Assembly (NCBI GenBank): GCA_963749415.1
Contig: CAVVMG010000001.1
Coordinates: forward strand, 1,676,745 to 1,740,744
Reading direction: 5' to 3'
Origin: an uncultured Acidobacteriota bacterium
GTDB lineage: Bacteria > Actinomycetota > Acidimicrobiia > Spongiisociales > ZC4RG35
Length of the DNA: 64,000 nt
How positions within the stretch are numbered: the first letter of the stretch is position 1; the number at the start of each line of letters is the position of its first letter. Positions 58,503 to 64,000 of this stretch are shown here, piece by piece. The notes beneath the pieces are model-generated. The model was not told the DNA's origin and did not search any database. It saw only the letters and a program-made list of their open reading frames with translations. A program made the position numbers and the translations under genes.

Positions 58503-58997
58503 ATGGCCGTGAAGATGAGGTTGATCCGGATGGGCAAGAAGAAGTCGCCCACCTACCGGGTAGTGGTCGTGGATGGGCGTTCTCCCCGGGATGGGCGCTA
58601 CATCGAGCAGATCGGGCGCTATGACCCCCGCCAGGACCCGTCCCTGGTCGAGATCGACAACGAGAAGGCCACCGAGTGGCTGCGAAAGGGTGCTCAGCCC
58701 ACCGAGGCCGTCGAGAAGTTGCTCAACATCTCCGGTGCCATCAGCACGATGAAGGTGAAGCGGGGCCAGATCCACACCGTGAGCGCAGCGGCCCAGGCCA
58801 CGGCCGAGGAGCCTGAGGCTCCTCGAGCCCCGACTCACGAGGAGGCGCTCGCTGCTCAGACGGAGGCCGTCGAGCCGCCGGCGGAAGCAGTGCCGACGGT
58901 GGAAGCAGCGCCGACGGTCGACCTCGAAGGCGAGTCGACCGCCGAGGAGCCTTCTGATGAGGCCATCGCCGCCGACGTCTCGGCAGAGGAGGAATGA
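58503..58997 (+). CDS. rpsP: 30S ribosomal protein S16 with acidic tail
   Basis: [20 protein letters not shown]. Confidence 0.95.
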   Translation: MAVKMRLIRMGKKKSPTYRVVVVDGRSPRDGRYIEQIGRYDPRQDPSLVEIDNEKATEWLRKGAQPTEAVEKLLNISGAISTMKVKRGQIHTVSAAAQATAEEPEAPRAPTHEEALAAQTEAVEPPAEAVPTVEAAPTVDLEGESTAEEPSDEAIAADVSAEEE

Positions 58998-59251
58998 CCT
59001 TGGCCAAGGGAGAGATCGTCGAGCGGGTTGTCACATATGTCGTGAAGAGCATTGTCGAGGAGCCCGATGAGGTCTCGGTCACAATGGTCGAGCAAGGGCC
59101 GGACGAGCTCATCGCCGAGGTGCGCACGGCCAAGTCCGATATGGGCCGGGTGATCGGTCGCCGGGGTCGGGTCGCCAAGGCGATCCGAGCCGCCGCCGGG
59201 GCCGCCGCCGATGAAGAGGGGATCACCGCTGACGTCGAGTTCGTCGACTGA
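58994..59251 (+). CDS. khpA: KH-domain RNA-binding protein
   Basis: [10 protein letters not shown]; position after rpsP. Confidence 0.88.
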   Translation: MTLAKGEIVERVVTYVVKSIVEEPDEVSVTMVEQGPDELIAEVRTAKSDMGRVIGRRGRVAKAIRAAAGAAADEEGITADVEFVD

Positions 59252-59738
59252 AGGTGGCCAGGTCCGGGTCGGCAGGCTGGGCCGTCCCCATGGTCTGGAG
59301 GGTTTCCTCGGGCTCTACGTCGAGCCGGAAGACATTGTCCACTTCGAAACCGGAGCCACCGTCCTCATCGAGGGGGATCCTCATGTCGTCAAGGCGGTTC
59401 GCCGCGTCGACCGGGGATTTCAGGTCGCATTCGAAGGAGTGGATCGCACAGCGGCCGAAGGTCTCAGAGGGTCGAGTGTTTCGGTCGAGCATCGACGATC
59501 CCTCGGGGAGGGCGAGTACTGGCCGGAGACGCTGATCGGGCTCGAGGTAAGGGGAAAGGACGGCGGACGGCTGGGCACGGTGGCCGGAGTCATCGCCGGA
59601 GTAGCCCAGGACAGATTGGTCATCGAGTCCAACAGCGCCAGCTTCGAGATCCCTTTCGTCGACGACCTGGTTCCGGTTGTGGATGCCGACTCCGGCTACA
59701 TCGAGATCGTGGACCTGCCCGGGCTCATTGAGCCGTGA
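59229..59738 (+). CDS. rimM: Ribosome maturation factor RimM (start uncertain: CTG 59229 or ATG 59211)
   Basis: VGRLGRPHGLEG, EYWPETLIGLEV, IPFV. Confidence 0.88.
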   Translation: MTSSSSTEGGQVRVGRLGRPHGLEGFLGLYVEPEDIVHFETGATVLIEGDPHVVKAVRRVDRGFQVAFEGVDRTAAEGLRGSSVSVEHRRSLGEGEYWPETLIGLEVRGKDGGRLGTVAGVIAGVAQDRLVIESNSASFEIPFVDDLVPVVDADSGYIEIVDLPGLIEP

Positions 59739-60594
59739 CCACAACAGTGACCCCTTCCAACGACCCGTTCGCGGGCGCCTCCTCCCCGACGAACAAAGAC
59801 GAGGGGCCCACGGGCAGCTCAACCGAGGTTCGGAACTCACCCCACGTGTCGATCCAGTCGGCGGCCTGGGTTGTGCTCGTGACGCTCTCCCCATCGCTGG
59901 TCGCGATCACCACAACCGTGCCCTCGAACGTTCGCGCATAGCCGCTGACTTCGACGATGCGATCGGTCTCCGCACCCGGTGATGGTTCCAGGACCACCAC
60001 GTTCTCGGCGATCGTCGCCGCGCCTGTGAAGGGCTGGATCCCCAGCTGCAGCTCCACGTTCAAAGCCGCCGGCGAGTTGTCGACGAAGGCTCGAGCCAAT
60101 GCCGGCGAGCTCAGATGGAGGTCGACGAACATCCCACTGTCGAGCGCTCTCACCACATACAGCCTGTCGACCAGAGTGGTTTCCACCAGCTGATCGGCGA
60201 GAACTGTGGTGTCGAGGCCAAGGTGGATCCGGAGGATCCGGCCCGACGCGAGGAACTCGACAGCCACCGATGGGGGAGTCGTGGCCGGGGCGCCCTCATC
60301 GGTTTCGAAGTCGAGCTGGAAGCGCTCGCAGCCGCCGGCCTCCTGCCAGCTGATGAGCCCCAGGATGCTGGTGTCGGACGTGGGCTGGTCGACGCGCACC
60401 ACCTGACCGCTCTCCACGAAGTCGACCTCCTCCGGGCAGCCGTTGGAGGCGACCGAAGTCGTCGGTGCGGCCCCGTTCGTCGACGTCACGGGCGCTGTAG
60501 TCGAAGTGGTGTTGGCCGGCGCGGTTGTCGTCGGCCCGGTGAGACCGGTGCAAGCCGTCACCAAGACCAGGGTGAGGAGCGCCGGGGATCGCAT
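59725..60594 (-). CDS. Lipoprotein with Thr-rich linker and C-terminal Gmad2-like Ig domain
   Basis: Lipobox VTAC; VSGYARTFEGTV...WGEF. Confidence 0.7.
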   Translation of the reverse strand: MRSPALLTLVLVTACTGLTGPTTTAPANTTSTTAPVTSTNGAAPTTSVASNGCPEEVDFVESGQVVRVDQPTSDTSILGLISWQEAGGCERFQLDFETDEGAPATTPPSVAVEFLASGRILRIHLGLDTTVLADQLVETTLVDRLYVVRALDSGMFVDLHLSSPALARAFVDNSPAALNVELQLGIQPFTGAATIAENVVVLEPSPGAETDRIVEVSGYARTFEGTVVVIATSDGESVTSTTQAADWIDTWGEFRTSVELPVGPSSLFVGEEAPANGSLEGVTVVVTAQ

Positions 60595-60655
60595 GTTCGA
60601 CAGGGTATGACTGGCGGTACATTTGATCGAGCAATCAAGAGCCAGGAGTCGACTG

Positions 60656-61819
60656 ATGACCGAGGCCGTGATCGTGGCCACAGCCCGCACCCCGATCGGA
60701 CGGGCCTACAAAGGATCGCTCGTCGACGTCAGGGCGGACGACATGGCCGGATTTGCCATCAATGCCGTGATGGGCAAGGTTCCAGAGGTCGACCGGGCCT
60801 CCGTGGTCGACGTCATGGTCGGGTGCGGCCTGACCCACCACGAGCAGGGATACAACCTGGCCCGGCCCGCGTCGTTGCTCGGGGGAATGCCGGCCAGCGT
60901 CCCGGCGACCACTGTCAACCGCTTCTGCGCGTCATCGCTGCAAACGATCCGGATGGCCTTCCATGCGATCAGCCGGGGTGAGGGGGAGGTCTACGTCGCT
61001 GCCGGCTCCGAATCGACGACGCGGACCTACGGCAAGGCGATCGACAGTGAGGACCTCAACCCGCGGTTCACCGACGAAGGACGCAATGACTTCATCAACA
61101 GCGTCTACATCCCGATGGGAAACACTGCTGAGAACGTCGCGGAGCGGTACGGGATCACCAGGCAGCGGATGGACGAGTTCGCCAAACGGTCCCAGGATCT
61201 CGCCGTCGAGTCCCAAAAGAATGGATTCTTCGATTGGGAGATAACCCCGATCGAGGTTCCCGATGGGAGAACGATCGCGGTCGACGACGGCCCGAGGCCG
61301 AACACGACCATCGAGAAGCTGGCCGAGCTGGCACCGGTGTTCAAGCCCGGGGGCGCAATCACCGCGGGCAACTCCTGCCCGCTCAACGACGGGGCGGCTG
61401 CGGTGCTGGTGATGTCCGAGCAACGGGCCAACTACCTCGGGCTGACCCCATTGGCCCGGATCGTCGCCTCATCGGTGGTGGGGCTGGAGCCGGAATTCAT
61501 GGGAATGGGCCCGGTGATGGCCGTCCGTCAGGTGTTGGAACAGGCCGGGATGACCCTCGGCGACATGGACTCGATCGAGATCAACGAAGCCTTCGCCGCC
61601 CAGGTCCTGGCCTGTGTCGACGAGCTGGGCATCGACATGGACAAGCTGAACACCCACGGCGGGTCGATCGCACTCGGCCATCCGTTCGGGATGACCGGGG
61701 CCCGGATCATGGGAACGCTGATCAACGGGCTGCGCACCGCCGACGGCGGCCTCGGCCTGGAGACGATGTGTGTCGGCGGAGGTCAGGGGATGGCGATGAT
61801 CATCGAGCGGATGAGCTGA
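60656..61819 (+). CDS. Acetyl-CoA C-acyltransferase (thiolase)
   Basis: NRFCASS, NEAFA, GHPFGMTG, CVGGGQG. Confidence 0.92.
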   Translation: MTEAVIVATARTPIGRAYKGSLVDVRADDMAGFAINAVMGKVPEVDRASVVDVMVGCGLTHHEQGYNLARPASLLGGMPASVPATTVNRFCASSLQTIRMAFHAISRGEGEVYVAAGSESTTRTYGKAIDSEDLNPRFTDEGRNDFINSVYIPMGNTAENVAERYGITRQRMDEFAKRSQDLAVESQKNGFFDWEITPIEVPDGRTIAVDDGPRPNTTIEKLAELAPVFKPGGAITAGNSCPLNDGAAAVLVMSEQRANYLGLTPLARIVASSVVGLEPEFMGMGPVMAVRQVLEQAGMTLGDMDSIEINEAFAAQVLACVDELGIDMDKLNTHGGSIALGHPFGMTGARIMGTLINGLRTADGGLGLETMCVGGGQGMAMIIERMS

Positions 61820-61837
61820 CCCGTACCCTTTCGGGCC

Positions 61838-62521
61838 ATGCGGATCAACGTCGTCACGATCTTTCCCGAGTACTTCGACAGCCCGCTGCAGGTCAGCATC
61901 GTGGCCCGCGCGATTTCGACAGGCGCGCTCCACGTTGACCTGGTCGACCTTCGGGAGCACGGCCTGGGCAGGCACCGCCAGGTCGACGACTCTCCCTTTG
62001 GCGGCGGAGCGGGCATGGTGATGATGGTCGAGCCCCTCGCCGCCGCCCTCGAGCCCTTGGCCGGCTCCCATCGCGTCCTGTTCACCCCAGTGGGGGCCCC
62101 GATGACTCAAGCGACGTTCGACGACTGGGCCGGGCGCGAAGAGGTGACCTTGGTCTGCGGCCGATACGAGGGTGTCGACCAGCGCGTCTCGGACCATCTG
62201 ATCGACGAGGAGGTCTCTCTCGGAGACTTCGTCGTCGCCGGGGGAGAGGTAGCCGCCGCCGCGGCGATCGAAGGGGTGGCCCGCCTGTTGCATGGGGTGG
62301 TGGGCAACCCGGATTCCACCGAGACCGAGTCCTTTCGTGACGGCCTCCTGGAGGAGCCGGTGTACACGAGACCTGCCGACTACCGGGGCTGGGCCGTCCC
62401 CGAAGTGCTGCTTTCTGGCGATCACGGCCGCATCGAGAAATGGCGCTCGGAGCAGCGATTGCAGCGGACGAGGGAGCGCCGTCCGGACCTGTTGCCGGAT
62501 AGCGACAAAACGGAGACCTGA
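61838..62521 (+). CDS. trmD: tRNA (guanine-N1)-methyltransferase
   Basis: DDSPFGGGAGM, CGRYEGVDQR, SLGDFV. Confidence 0.95.
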   Translation: MRINVVTIFPEYFDSPLQVSIVARAISTGALHVDLVDLREHGLGRHRQVDDSPFGGGAGMVMMVEPLAAALEPLAGSHRVLFTPVGAPMTQATFDDWAGREEVTLVCGRYEGVDQRVSDHLIDEEVSLGDFVVAGGEVAAAAAIEGVARLLHGVVGNPDSTETESFRDGLLEEPVYTRPADYRGWAVPEVLLSGDHGRIEKWRSEQRLQRTRERRPDLLPDSDKTET

Positions 62522-62582
62522 TACAATCACGCCCGGGTCGGGACCATGAGACCCGCTTCCGACCGCTTCTAGGAGCCCTCCA

Positions 62583-62927
62583 ATGAACGATCTTCATGTT
62601 GTCGAGAGCGCGCACGTCCGCGACGACCTTCCCGAGTTTCGGACCGGTGACACAGTCAAGGTCCATGTCCGTGTGGTCGAGGGCGGTCGTGAGCGCGTCC
62701 AGATGTACGAAGGTGTCGTCATCGCTCGCAACGGCGCCGGAGCACGAGCTTCGTTCACCGTCCGCAAGATCAGCTTCGGAATCGGCGTGGAGCGGGTGTT
62801 CCCCCTCCATGCGCCGATCATTGCTCGTATCGAGGTGACCCGCCGCGGCGACGTTCGTCGCTCCAAGCTCTACTACTTGCGTGATCGGGTCGGGAAGTCG
62901 GCCCGCATCAAGGAGCTTCGCGACTGA
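62583..62927 (+). CDS. rplS: 50S ribosomal protein L19
   Basis: [28 protein letters not shown]. Confidence 0.95.
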   Translation: MNDLHVVESAHVRDDLPEFRTGDTVKVHVRVVEGGRERVQMYEGVVIARNGAGARASFTVRKISFGIGVERVFPLHAPIIARIEVTRRGDVRRSKLYYLRDRVGKSARIKELRD

Positions 62928-63562
62928 GCCTGCACCCCCCGGACCAGGACATCGACTCCCCAGAGCAGGAGCCGGAAAAGCCGAAGCGGAAATCGTTTCT
63001 CGCCGAGCTCCCCGGCCTCCTCCTGACCGCCCTTGCGATCGCGGTCGTCATCAAGACGTTCCTCATCCAGCCGTTCTGGATCCCTTCGGAGTCGATGCTC
63101 CCCACGATCGAGGTCAACGACCGGGTGATGGTCAACAAGCTGGCCTACAACTGGGGGGAGCCGCAACGCGGCGACATCGTGGTGTTTCGCGACCCTCGTG
63201 AGGAAGAGATCGAGGAATCGGTCCCCGAGGCCGTCATTCGCTCGGTGCTGGAGGCGGTCGGGGTCAGGACCCGGGGTCGGGACGACCTCATCAAGCGGGT
63301 GATCGGACTTCCCGGAGAGACCGTCGAGATCGCCGACAACCATGTGGTGATCAACGGGGTCCCTATCGAGGAGCAATACCTCAACGAGGCCGAGATGGCC
63401 GAAGAGGGCCCGTTCCAGGTCGGTGAGAACGAGGTGTTCGTCATGGGGGACAATCGCAATTCGTCGTTCGACAGCCGTCGCTTTGGCCCGATTCCCTATG
63501 ACGATCTCATTGGAGAGGCCTTCGTGACCATCTGGCCTCTTTCCCATTTCGGTGGTTTCTGA
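62924..63562 (+). CDS. lepB: Signal peptidase I; true start upstream of the ORF-track ATG, probably CTG overlapping the rplS stop
   Basis: TM helix and catalytic IPSESM lie upstream of ATG 63095; [18 protein letters not shown]. Confidence 0.9.
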   Translation: MSLHPPDQDIDSPEQEPEKPKRKSFLAELPGLLLTALAIAVVIKTFLIQPFWIPSESMLPTIEVNDRVMVNKLAYNWGEPQRGDIVVFRDPREEEIEESVPEAVIRSVLEAVGVRTRGRDDLIKRVIGLPGETVEIADNHVVINGVPIEEQYLNEAEMAEEGPFQVGENEVFVMGDNRNSSFDSRRFGPIPYDDLIGEAFVTIWPLSHFGGF

Positions 63563-63563
63563 G

Positions 63564-63587
63564 AAACACCCGGTTTGGTGGGTGTTT
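63564..63587 (+). terminator. Hairpin after lepB
   Basis: AAACACCC/GGGTGTTT 8-bp stem. Confidence 0.5.
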
Positions 63588-63635
63588 ATGAAATCTCCCT
63601 GTCATATGATTTCGACAACGTGTGAAGAGGAGAAG

Positions 63636-63932
63636 ATGGAAGAAGACCTGGAGCGCTACGAATCCGAGGTAGAGCTCAAGATCTACAAGGAGTACCACGA
63701 CGTGCTCCCGATGTTCCGTTATGTCGTCGAGACCGAACGGCGCTTCTACCTCGCCAACGAGGTCGACCTCGAGGTCCGTGATGTCAACGGCTCCATCTTT
63801 TTCGAGGTGGTGATGCGGGACGCCTGGGTGTGGGACATGTTCCGCCCGGCCCGCTTCCTGCAGACCGTCAAGGTGCTCACCTTCCGCGACGTCAACGTCG
63901 AAGAACTGGAACAGCAAGAGCTCTCGATCTGA
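63636..63932 (+). CDS. DUF2469 family protein
   Basis: EDLERYE...YVVETERRFYLAN...DAWVWDMFRPARF. Confidence 0.88.
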   Translation: MEEDLERYESEVELKIYKEYHDVLPMFRYVVETERRFYLANEVDLEVRDVNGSIFFEVVMRDAWVWDMFRPARFLQTVKVLTFRDVNVEELEQQELSI

Positions 63933-64000
63933 CCGACCGGCGACACCTGGGGGAGTTCGGGGAAGCCCTTGCTCGTTGGTTTCTCACCGACCACGGCCTC
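63929..64000 (+). CDS. 5' part of a YraN (UPF0102) family gene, runs off the window
   Basis: CTG-start frame reads TDRRHLGEFGEALARWFLTDHGL; usual position after DUF2469. Confidence 0.7.
   Translation, partial: MTDRRHLGEFGEALARWFLTDHGL

Noticed and set aside
58885-58920. 18-bp tandem duplication in the rpsP tail ([12 protein letters not shown])
   Set aside because: Ordinary low-complexity expansion in a variable acidic tail

Overview
High-GC actinobacterial chromosome segment. Acidimicrobiia-like placement is an inference from DUF2469, DUF3052, a SepIVA-like gene and InhA-type FabI occurring together with plsX. Most of the window is housekeeping: fabI; murF-ddl; rpmB; recG-rsmD-coaD-DUF177-rpmF-plsX-rnc; mutM-acyP-smc-ftsY-cdd; etfBA; pdp; upp; ppc; ffh-rpsP-khpA-rimM...trmD-rplS-lepB. 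I saw no tRNA, rRNA, CRISPR array, transposase or integrase. Notable items: (1) an intergenic element of about 690 nt (c.997-1685) with its own sigma70-type promoter, seven cUUCGg-capped hairpins all on the + strand, GNRA hairpins, a duplicated ~55-nt hairpin module and long-range closing stems, making it a strong candidate for a large unannotated structured RNA; (2) a ~14 kb form I aerobic CO dehydrogenase locus (coxMSL, coxG, two CoxD/CoxE pairs, several XdhC genes) ending in five tandem paralogous single-pass membrane/coiled-coil microproteins; (3) a leaderless Cys-rich leader peptide with a 12-bp attenuator stem ahead of a sulfurtransferase; (4) a Xanthomonas-type argF'-argB(NAGS/K)-argC cassette; (5) apparent non-canonical starts (ATC for coxM; CTG for lepB, a YraN-like gene and possibly rimM); (6) four frameshifted genes, some of which may be assembly errors. 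All product calls come from motif recognition by eye; no database searches or folding programs were run.
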